This document shows positions 1-12,500 of a stretch of DNA of 64,000 bases, piece by piece. The notes beneath the pieces are model-generated. The model was not told where the DNA came from. It made no database searches and was given only the letters and a program-made list of their open reading frames with translations. This stretch comes from Bugula neritina. Its lineage: Eukaryota > Animalia > Bryozoa. The stretch is from contig OZ037773.1 in NCBI GenBank assembly GCA_964035545.1, positions 8,275,751 to 8,339,750 on the forward strand, read 5' to 3'. The first letter of the stretch is position 1, and each line of letters begins with the position of its first letter. The translations under genes and the position numbers were made by a program.

Positions 1-578
1 AAACAATTTTTGTTCACTCCAAGTATAAATTTTCAAAACTGCATCATTCTAAACAATTTCCATATGAAATTAGAACAAAAACATCTATAATAAATCAGAA
101 CTCATCGGATTATGATGCTTGCAGTTATAAGGAGAGTGATTTAATCATGCGCTTTCAAAATTGATACATGGAGTTATGCTTTCTTTTTTTGCACCTGCAG
201 GAAACAAATATCTGCGAAATTCGTTTGAACGTTTTAGTCAAATAAATATTATTTTTGTCTATTTTTAAATTTATTTATAATTTTTTCTTAAACTATTTTA
301 AAAGATTAATTTATATAGAGTACTAATGTCAATATGACTTTATATGAAGGTCTCCATCTATACGAGGTCGAAGGGCGTGTCTCTTGAATGCAGACTTCCC
401 TTATTGCAGACGATAAAAAATGCTGTGTTAAAATAAGTGAATTTCTTGCAAACCATTAGTGTTAGTTTTAGATTTAGTATTTATAGTGATCACGATGCAT
501 GTGTATTGCAGTATCAAACACATATAGACTGATGTAAACGTATGAATGCTAGATTGTTGTTTATATTTACAAGTTGAA

Positions 579-3500
579 ATGGGTCAAATTAATGTAACAG
601 GCCCAAATGAGGCGATTGTAGTGTCAGGTAAGCTCAAACTAGAACTCAATTCAAATTAAAGTGAAAGTCAAGTGGAGGTGTGAGACTAGGGCAAAGATTA
701 TTAGTATTATCTTTAATTTAGGACTAACCACTAAGTTGCTGTTTATTACTCACTGTGATTACTTGTGATAAAATATTTTCAGGTCGCACTAACAGCACAA
801 ATAATTTATTTAGTGATTTACTGATTATGATTATCATAAATTAATCATTTAATGAGTATAATCAATTAATCACTAACAATATAATTTATACTAATAAATT
901 ATAATCATTAACATTAACTTAAAATAGTTAAATAATCATGATTGAAAATATTAAGGATAATAATCATGGTGAATATTAATATAAATAATACCATTAACTT
1001 TAAGTATTAATTTAATAACTAACATTGTGAAATTCAATATGAATTAGTAAATCAACTAGAATTTGAGTTACTATAATGAATTTCGGTATTACTGTCAGTA
1101 TGGCAATTTTCTTTTTTTCAGTGGCTAGCATAGCAGTATGCCATGCTGAATTTTGATTTATGTACAACCAATAAACTATATGACTGTTCTAATTTAAAAA
1201 GAACTTGACCTAGTAAACTTTTACACTTGAAACGGCAGGCAAACTCATATTGTGGATGTTCTAGAATCTAGATTATAACAATACATAAGTATTTAAAACA
1301 ATAATTATGTTATAATGAATATAATCATTTATTATTGTTGCAACAATTAGTATATTTTGAGTAAAGATATTAGTATTACTATTGAATTTTGAAGTGATTA
1401 CCTGATAAACTAAAATTGAATTTAGTTTTTTAGTTATTATATAGCAATAGATGTTGACAGTTGCATTTAGCTAACTCTCAAATAGCATGAGTTTTACTTC
1501 TGTGATTAGCTTTATTATTAAGACTCTGAAAATATATATATTTATATATATAGCTATTGTTTGAAATATAAGGGTACACTGGCCGGCGCCAAATTGTAGC
1601 ATGAGAAAAAATAATATATAGATATCAGAGCATTTTGGCTTTTCTCCCAACAAAAGTTGTTACTGTAACATATTTTATTAGCTGATGGCTGCTGTGGTAA
1701 AAGTCTAGGATTGTTTATCAATTTGCAAGCTGTCATTTCTACAGGTGGACTTCTTTCAAACAAAAAGACAACTGTTATTGGAGGATGGATCTGGTCTTGG
1801 TATTGCTGCAGTGACGTATCAAGGTGCACTATGTGCAGCACCTTTGTTGTCTTTAGGGAGTGTTTGTAAAAGATTGGTTTGGTGTTTTTAAGAGTTGTCT
1901 TATTTAAATTTTTGCTTTAGATTACTCTCTTAATACTACAGTATCTGTATTGGGTAACTGAACACAGTTTTTGCTATCAATAATAAAACTAGCAAATCGG
2001 CTAGTTATTGATATCACTTAATAAATGTTATAATATTATGATGTAAAAGTGCATGTACACCATGTTATAATGTATTTTCACCCAGTTGCTTATATAGAAA
2101 TAATACTGCAATATATGATAGAAATTATACATAAAGAGACACATCGCCGCAACTAATCAACTATGTAATATTGTAGAATAACTTTGGAGGCTCTAACCAT
2201 GTGTCCAACATGTGATAATGTGGAGACAACTGAAGGAGTGCCTCTCACAGTCACTGGTGTAGCAGTTTGCAAGGTAATTAAACATCATTAAGCATAACAT
2301 AATATTCCACTAAAATGAATTGTCGCTAATATGCAACCAATTTGAGCATATAATAATAATATTATGCCCAAATAAACAGATAAATTGGTATTCCTCATAA
2401 GCTGGCCGTTTAGTGAAAATATTTTACAAATCAATAGAATACTAGCTCAGCATATTTGAAAAGCTGTATTTTTACCAAACCAATAAACTAAGACTAAATA
2501 TCCTTTCAATGATAAAAGTTATTGTTACACTACATAAATGATGAAATGGTAATAATATAATATCATTATAAATGTAAAATAATTACCTATAATTTTTAAC
2601 CTAATTTACAAAGCTATATAAAATACCATTTTTGTTTTAAACCTATATTTATAGAATAGAATTGCAAAAATGAAAATATTTGTGGAAAATTTCCCCAACT
2701 CAGATTTAAACAGCAAATTGCTTTTCTAATATTTCGCAGGCAATAAAAAATATTATAACTTTGAAGTTGCCTTACCCCAAGCCGTCCTTATTTCAGTCAT
2801 AATATGCAAAATGAACACAGAGAGATATGATCTCAGCATTGCCGCTTATGCAGCAAACTTATTTACTGAGTTTCGAAAAGCTCAATTAAGCATAGATCCC
2901 TGTAAAATTACCTGCAGTTGGAATAAAGGAGAACAAAGTGGGGTTATGAGCAGTAAAGGAAGGAAGTTCGGTGCCTTTATTTATATCCATTGAAACAAAA
3001 TATGAATGCCAAGCAATCAAATATATACCTAAATTATCACATTTTTGGAATCATTCAATTAATGAAAAATACATTGTCTAGCTAGTTGATTAGGACTGAA
3101 TAACTTGGGCAATTACTACGGATACTATTTAAATTAGTTTAAATAATAAAATGATATTGAGCAATAAATCAGCTGTCATAATCAGATCTTACTAAAACTT
3201 TTTAGAAGCAATAAGTTTAGCCTAAACAGCCATGAAAGAAGCGCTATTGTATGATTATCTATATAATTCTATTCATATTATAATACACATGAAGAGCACA
3301 AAGTGTAGGGGATTTTCACTGCAGGGATATTCCAAACGTGGGAAAAAATTGAAGGAATACAAAAAAAGTCATTAAGACTGCTAAAAATATTTGAGTTATT
3401 TGCTCAGATATTTGATTTAACGTTTACTGTTCAAGAAGGAAGTAGTCAGCACAATACCAGTACTGGTTTAGCTGTCACACATGTATTGCTGAGCTGGTAG

Positions 3501-6500
3501 GTCAAATGCCAGCAGGTGATGTCAAACATGGCTTCCAGAGCAATTGCTACTTGAATATAGCAAAGCCTCACATAATAGTTTGAGGCAAAGCTCATCACTA
3601 CCGTGAGAGTTTTCATAGGGTCTGTAACTATGATGAAGAAACTTGACAGTTAAAGTTTTGTGCAACCACTGATATAATAATTATATCAAACTAATGTCTT
3701 TTTCAAGAAGTTGCCCTCTCTGCATGCACTAAGACCTAAGTTGTTTGGTTACAGAGATGTAAATTCACCCTTATAGCTTAGGTTTATAATTTGTGGTTTC
3801 GGTTTGGAGCCGATTACTTTATTTCATAGACATACAACTTCTCATACTACAAATTTACCCACCAGAACACAAGGCTAAATGCTGCTGTACATATACATAC
3901 ATCACATTATAGAAATCACATCTAAATTATTGGTACCTGTTTTACACAGAGCCTGAAACTTAGCCATGGAAAAGTTTCATTAAGCTCGCCTAGTCTTGCT
4001 AAAAACCCAAACAAGCTAAGCATCTGTCAAAACAGTATAAATAAACACTAACTATACAGACCTGCCATCACCTGCTGTCACTTGCTGTCTGCATACTCAT
4101 GCCAGTCTCATTAGAGGAGTGTTAGTCTCAAACAAGGATGAGTTATCTCAGCTTTACCCACTTTTATTTCAATACAAAAGCTGTTGTACTGTGCTTTTTT
4201 GCTAATTACAATTGTTTGAACATGGAGGAGACACCAAATATGTTATTTCTAGTTGAAACGGTTTAGTTAGAAGCTAACGTATTGGCAATTGTTGCTTACT
4301 AAATTAAGTAAGCTATACAACATTTAGTTTAAAGAAACATGTAGTGGCTGTTTAGTATAAAATGTACTGAGCAAATAAACTATGGGTCTCAACATCAAAA
4401 GAAATAAAATTACAACAAAAGATATATAATAGGCATTTGTTATTTAAGTCAAGACTGTTAAGTGATCTCAAAACTAGTCTCAAGTGTTGGATGATGGTTA
4501 AGAGCTTATTCAGTATTGATAAGAACAAGGCTTACTTGATGCATCAACTAGGGAGCAGCGGTGGACTAGGGGTCAGAGCATCTGCTTAGTGAACACTAAG
4601 TCATGGGTTCGAACCCCAGCAAAGGCCATTGGTAATGTTAGGAAGATCATCCAGTCATAATTGCTCCTGTGCCTCATCTGAACAAGTCCTTAGCCCGATT
4701 TGACAAAAACCCTTTTCATCAGGGGTTTCTCACAGGGATAGCGACTATAAACTTGCGTGAGTTTTACTTGATGCATCAACTGCCAACATTTCCACACTGC
4801 AACCTAAAGACAGTCTAATTAGCAAGATGTTTCGCAACATTTTATTTCCTCTTACAAAGTATCATTTCCCTCATAGAACTAGCTAGTCAAGCTGCAGCAG
4901 CAGTGGGATGATGTCAACTCATGAATCTTAGTAAATAATATGCAGGCAGCACCAGTCAAAAATGCAAGTAGTAGATGCCTTGGCTGGTAACAAACAGATA
5001 TCTGTTGCAATAATATTGGCTTCTTTCAGTAGAGATCTAAATTCTTTGTGACAAGCTTGATTGTTATCATACATGTAGGACTTGGGTGTGTTGGATTATT
5101 TATTTATCTCAGGTACTGTATGCAGTAGGCTACAGGTATATGGGTACTATAGGTATATAAAAATAAATTAATGGCCTCCATGCTATTTAATGCATGACTC
5201 AACTTCTACAGTCTAATCTCTACAGTTTCCACTCTACACTCTATATTTTGCAGTCTATACTCTCTACAGCTTCCACTCTACACTCTATAGTATATGCTCT
5301 ACAGTATACCCCTACCCCCTAAGCCTACATTTAGCAATCAATCAGTCAAATGTAAAATATATCTGTAGCCTGAGGAATTACAGCATTCAAATCAGCAATA
5401 GGGTGGGATTGGTTGTAGACACTGGTATGGGAATGCTAAGCGTCTTTTTGAGTTCTTAGAACCACTTAAGTTATGATGAAATTTGTGGTGCAGGTGATGA
5501 CTGATCCCGACTTGCTGAAAATAGCATGTGAACAGTTCCTGGGCCGAAACATATCTGCTATTAGGAACACACTTCTCAATACATTAGAAGGTCACCTGAG
5601 ATGTATCCTAGGTGAGTGTTTCACCATTTACTTATTACAAGTATCCAAGTCCATATAAAGTAAGTTTATTAACCATTTTATATATAAAACTATTTAGTAC
5701 ATAATTGATATTTACAAATGAATTAATATTGATGCACGCCAAAGAGCTGAGCCTATCTTGGGGGGGGGGGGATGCTGCCTTTTATAGAATGTAGATTTTT
5801 GTTGGTAACTTGACTCTGGAGTCCTAAACAGTGGAACAGTGCTGTAACCAGACGCCATTAGATAACATACTTATTCTTTCTCCTATTGATATTATTTGGT
5901 TAAACTTATACTCTTTGCACGTTTTGCTATGGTATTTTTAAATTAGCAATCTCAAAATCCAGATAGTTTAAACCACATCAATATTTCACTGACTAAAATA
6001 ATAATATTAGGCTGAAGTTGAACTCTCAGTTGGCAAGCCTGTTTACTCTCCATGAACTGTTTTTGAAAAAAATAATATATTCAAATATTTGATTACAAAG
6101 ACCATAACAAATCAAAATATTTATGGCTAGTTTCCAGCACCGGGCTCAGTTCCAAGTCTATAAATCAAAGAATTGTGCAAATCACAACTCTAGGGGGTAG
6201 TTCTTTGTTGAATTAATCAGTGGCCATCAAGTCTGGCTAAGTTCTCTGGCAGGTAGAAGCTAAATGAATTCTATTTAATGCTGTCCTAAGCTATTGTATC
6301 CATGGAAACGGCCTAACAATTCAGTAGTAGCATTAGATTTCCGAGCTACTCGCTTACTATGCATTATGTATTACGTTATACAACGTATGCACTTTATTAT
6401 TGAATCCAACTAGCTTCCCTTTACCTAAAGGAGTTTTTAGTTATTGGGTAGACAACGCTCTGTTGAATGTACACCAGTCTCTGTAGAATTTACAATAGAC

Positions 6501-9500
6501 TACAATACTATATGACCCTCTGTTGAATACTACAATACTATATGACTCTATGTTGAATACTACAATATTATATGATCCTGTGTTGAATATACTACAATAT
6601 TATTTGACCCTGTGTTAAATAAACTACAATATTATTTGACCCTGTGTTAAATAAACTACAATATTATTTGACCCTGTGTTAAATATACTAGAATACTATA
6701 TAACCCTCTGTGGAATACTAGAATACTATATGGTAGGCAGCCTCACAGTGGAACAGGTGTATAGAGACAGAGATGAGTTTGCCAAGTTGGTACGTGATGT
6801 CGCCTCTCCAGATCTCGGCAGAATGGGCATAGAAATCCTCAGCTTTACTATTAGGTATCTTTCATAATGTCTACGTCTATACATGCAGTAATAGGTTGTC
6901 TGTACCACCAGGTGCTTCAGAAGCTAATGTATCCCACACCATGTTACCATATCCTTCATTACTCTGAGTATCTCTAACCTGGGACATTGATGATTTTAAT
7001 GCACATAAAAACATTTTAAATTCATTCTGATGTGAATATCGGCTCTACTAGCCTGTTTCAGAACTAAAGTAGTATAAAACTTTGAATTTCCACCAAGTTT
7101 CTTCTCTGACTCTCATGTATTTCACTTAATGTGGGATTTTCATTTGTTAGCTGTTTTAATTGAGATTAAATATGAAGTAAAGCTGGAGAAATATCATTTT
7201 CTCTTAACTGCCTTGTTGTGTGCATTCAATAGCAGAGTGGAATCATATCCTGTTATTAGCAACCATCATACTGGCTAGTAGTTGCTGCTAATGTTGGGGA
7301 ATCCCCTCACCGAAATTAGCATTTAGGCTTTAGCATTTCTCCCTGAGCCATGAGTAAGCTAGCCGCCTAGCTTAGAGTAAAAACCATATTATTATAACAC
7401 AATATTATAATGATTCTGTGCTGTTTAGCTCCTAGTAGCAGTTTACTGTAGCTACTCTAGACTTGTAAGATGGTGCTGCACTATTTCTTATATAAGATTT
7501 ATATTTCTTATTGAAGTGAGTTGAGTATGCAATTTGAAAATCATGAAGAGCAAAATGTTAGTACATTCTGAAATCAGCTTGCACACACTCTTAAGTGCAG
7601 TAGAAATTATATGAATTATTATTTGATTACGGCATGATATTATTGATTGCACCCACTAGCTGATGCATGCTGGATGTACTTATGATGAATATACATAGAA
7701 CTATCAGTCTCAGCTTGTAAACTGCTTCTAATTTTTACACAAATATAGTTGCTATGCTAACAACTATGATAACCCAAGGACTGGTAGTTTCCACGTAGTA
7801 TGTGGTGTAACCGTGCACTACTATTCTATACTCCGCTCTACACATTCACTCTGGGGGAAAGCCTTAGAGAGCCAGCGTAGATTTTTATCTCTTTGTTCTG
7901 CCCTTTATTTGTAAGGTTGGAATTTGTGAATTTCACTTCCTTTTTAGAAGGATGAATCTTTATAAAAAATATGGCAATGTGAGAAAACCTGCAGCTCAAA
8001 AGTTCTCTTTAGTACTAAAAATATTTCTCTGCATTTCAGTATAGCCAAGGTTCTTATAATCATGTTGGGTGGAACTACACACAGTGGCTACTACTATATT
8101 ATATAGTATTTACTGTTTGCGAATTACAAACCAGCATAATAATAAAAATTTTGATATTGGCAAAGTAGTAACTGTTGCCAACTACAATGTACAAGTTACC
8201 TTACCAACACCTTTAACAGGCTATATATAGCAGGTTATTACTACTAGCTCTCTAGTCTAGTCTGCACATTTAGGAGTTAATACTGAATATTATGCTAGCT
8301 GTGAGATAGTGCTGTTACAATTAATAATTAGTGCTAGCTCTCAACAACTGTTATACTCAATTACGCCAGGACTGTCCAACAGGCCCCCAGCCTACGTTTA
8401 TGTGGCTCTCAAAGACATATAACAAATTTTTTGTTCGCACATGAATTAGTGTGAAAAACCACCTTTTAAATGTAATTTTATTTATATACATGCTACAAAA
8501 CATGCAGCCTGCAATAACTATGTGTAATGATTCATGAGAATTTGCAATAAAGCATTTTGGAAATTACTGATGCTGTTGCCCCCAGGTCCAACTAAAGGTT
8601 ACAATGTGGTTCTCCCCACCAGAATATTCCCTTTCAGTGGCCCTAGCTCTGAAAAGGTTGGACACCCCTGAATTACACAATAGAATGTCCGTGTTGTAAT
8701 AGTGTGATTACTAGCTGTGTATATGGCACATGTGTCCTCTTTATTATGTAGAGATGTGTCAGACAATGTAGCACATGTGTCCTCTGTATTATGTAGAGAT
8801 GTGTCAGACAATGTAGGACATGTGTCCTCTGTATTATGTAGAGATGTGTCAGACAATGTAGGACATGTGTCCTCTTTATTGTGTAGAGATGTGTCAGACA
8901 ATGTAGGACATGTGTCCTCTGTATTATGTAGAGATGTGTCAGACAATGTAGCACATGTGTCCTCTTTATTATGTAGAGATGTGTCAGACAATGTAGGACA
9001 TGTGTCCTCTTTATTATGTAGAGATGGGTCAGACAATGTAGGACATGTGTCCTCTGTATTATGTAGAGATGTGTCAGACAATGTAGGACATGTGTCCTCT
9101 GTATTATGTAGAGATGTGTCAGACATTGTAGGACATGTGTCCTCTTTATTATGTAGAGATGTGTCAGACAATGTAGGACATGTGTCCTCTGTATTATGTA
9201 GAGATGTGTCAGACAATGTAGGACATGTGTCCTCTGTATTATGTAGAGATGTGTCAGACAATGTAGGACATGTGTCCTCTGTATTATGTAGAGATGTGTC
9301 AGACATTGTAGGACATGTGTCCTCTTTATTATGTAGAGATGTGTCAGACAATGTAGGACATGTGTCCTCTGTATTATGTAGAGATGTGTCAGACAATGTA
9401 GCACATGTGTCCTCTGTATTATGTAGAGATGTGTCAGACAATGTAGCACATGTGTCCTCTGTATTATGTAGAGATGTGTCAGACAATGTAGGACATGTGT

Positions 9501-12500
9501 CCTCCGTGTTATGTAGAGATGTGTCAGACAATGTAGCACATGTGTCCTCTGTATTAGGTAGAGATGTGTCAGACGATGTAGCACATGTGTCCTCTTTATT
9601 ATGTAGAGATGTGTCAGACAATGTAGCACATGTGTCCTCTGTATTATGTAGAGATGTGTCAGACAATGTAGGACATGTGTCCTCTGTATTATGTAGAGAT
9701 GTGTCAGACAATGTAGCACATGTGTCCTCTGTATTATGTAGAGATGTGTCAGACAATGTAGCACATGTGTCCTCTGTATTATGTAGAGATGTGTCAGACA
9801 ATGTAGCACATGTGTCCTCTGTATTATGTAGAGATGTGTCAGACAATGTAGAGTACTTGTCTTCATTGGGGAGAGCTCAAACTGCTGTCGTAATTAAGAA
9901 TGCTGACATTGCTAAAGCTGAGGCCGAGAGAGATGCCACTATAAGGGTATGTTGTAACTCAGTTATTCTTTCAATTACCTGCTAGCCATAAATGGCATAC
10001 TTCACCACTGAACATCCCTTCAGTGCTGCAGTCTCCACAAGGCATGGGTAAGCAGTTCTCTGTAATGTTAAGTGTGACGATGGTGCCTAATGACCGTTTA
10101 GGAGCAGTATAAGTGGAGAAATTGAAATAGCCTAAGTTTTTTAATTATATTATGGTTTGGGGCGCGGGTACAAATTTTTTGCGGATGACCTCTATGATCA
10201 GTTCCAAGTGTTTAGAGAATACCATCTCATCTTCCAATGAGTAGACTTATGGCTGATGGCCAAAGTTAAACATGGTCGCAACCAGCCTTCTAGAGTATAC
10301 TTTCAGAATAAAGCATGCTTCAGAGTTTAGACAAAGGGGCACACAGCCATAAAACTATCTGTGAGCTGCTTCATATACCATAGCAGGAGCCTTTACTAGC
10401 ACATGGTCTATATCATATGCAGTGCTAGTAACTATACAACTATAAGATTTGCTAACATAAAGTCACTGATAATTTAGTTAAATACTGGTGGATGGGAGAG
10501 TGTAGTTAGTTTAGCAGCGTTATTGGGTTTACGTTACTTTTTAGATTCCAATAATGACCTATGTTAATGTAAGTTAATTTGATGTTCATGGCTTCAATAA
10601 TAATAATAATAATACAGCGAGGTGTAATTATGCAGTTAATGTATTGATTGTGACACAACATAATACGTATAACTTGTATAAACAGTGTGATATATACCTA
10701 TAAAAGCAATATAAGATGTGAATGACATAATTTTCAAACAAATGAAAAATGTGTAAAAATATACTTTGAAATCAATAGTTTGCTGAAATCAGTGCATGAG
10801 CTCAGCAGTTAATAGCCACTTAAAGACGACACAGCCCCAAATATTGCAGCTCCACTAACAGCCAGTGCCACAATAGTCCCCACCAACACCAGAAATCCCA
10901 AACCACAGGCCCACCCAGTCCAGCAGAGAGCTTGTTGACGTTTCTTACGAGAAAGATTAAAACTTCCTCGGCTGTAGTCAGCCCTGGCAGCAATCACGTG
11001 CATTAGTCCAATGAGACCACATGGACAGCACGTGCAGAATATAGAGGCAAGGATGGACATGACATAGAGACAGGTGTATGGCTCTAGCGGGTTCTCAGTC
11101 ACCTGTGGAAGAGAGAAAACAGAGCACTTGTTAGCACTTGTCTCTGTGAGTTATGCTGGGAGAGCTTGGCTAGCTGCTGCTACATGCAAATAAGCAGCCG
11201 TTTGCTTATTTTCTGTTTATAAATTGTGGGGGATCTTTTGGCTATGGCTGTTGTCAAAAATTGTAAATTAAGATGATCTGGACATGTCACAAGATAACAT
11301 GATCTAGCAAAGAACATTATGCAAGACACTGTACCAGGAGGCCAAAGGCGAGGAAGTTAAAAGAAATGCTGGGAAGACAACATACAGGAACGGACCAGGT
11401 TATCAAATATTATCCTGAGGGAAACTAAGAGCCTATAGTCATGGAGGGAGATTGTCAATTCATCTGTGGTGCCTCTACACCCTCCTGCTAATCACTATTG
11501 CAAGGAAACTAGCTGGGAGTTTTTACCGTACTAAGACTGCACTAAGCTATACTACCTACCAATATTGAAGTAAACCACAAGAAAATAATTGCGACATCTT
11601 GGCTGTCATACATACCCCACCACTACATTATAGACTATAGAGTGTATGTAGTTCACAGCTTGCTACATGCTCACTGTATAGTAGGAAAGTAGACATGGCA
11701 GCATATAACGGGAATTTCTTACCAGGTTTACTGTAGAGGTGTTGAGTCCGGGCTCCTGAATAGTCATACTCATAGGATATGGTTCGGACTCAGATTGAGG
11801 ATAGTTGGAGCCATTCTGATGCTTTTGAAAGCTGGCCATGTTCAAGATAGACTAACAAGTCTGCAGATAGCTGATCACTGCTATCCAATGAAAATGCAAG
11901 ATTCTTTATAATGTTCTCATCTAGACTGACTACTTGCTTATGCATAGCGCTATAGCTCATATGTTTGCCTACGGATGCAGCAGTTATAAGCATAATGTTA
12001 ACTCTCATTAGCTTTAGACTCAATTTAGAGGTGAAACTCACAATGTTCCTTTATAAACAGGAGTGTGAACCGAGCCTGCAGTTGTGTAAGAGTTTTGCTG
12101 TCGACAATTGAATCAGTCAAATGATGGCTGCCCAATTCAATAGTCACTGATAAGCAGTCATTGAAACACGTGTACCTTAAAGTCAGTGTATTACTGTATA
12201 GTGTATAGGAAGTGAAACCATTAGACAACTGTTTGTTGATCATGTCGCTACTATCACTATGCCTTTACAGACTTAGTGTTGCTAAATATGAGTGATGAGT
12301 GAGGTGCAAAACAAGTTTAAAGCTTGTTTGGCACCTCACACCTCACTCAATCTCATCACTCATTTACTTTTGGTTTGTAGCACAGTCCCAGCATTAAAAA
12401 CCCAGGGCATATTAAAGTAGACATTTCACCCAATTTGTACAACCATTTAATTTTTACAATTTAATTCCATTGTTGAAATCAAATCCAATTATCAGTATGA

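Noticed and set aside
4551-4625. tRNA gene
   Set aside because: No convincing cloverleaf; it has a SINE body and an 18-bp TSD.
6855-6864. U12-type donor (GTATCTTTC)
   Set aside because: Not a full GTATCCTTT match, and no TCCTTAAC branch site near any candidate acceptor.
8727-9851. CRISPR-like array
   Set aside because: No unique spacers; eukaryotic intron; plain tandem repeat.
8599-9866. 415-aa and 397-aa minus-strand repeat ORFs
   Set aside because: By-products of a stop-free 45-bp unit that derives from the + strand flotillin splice junction.
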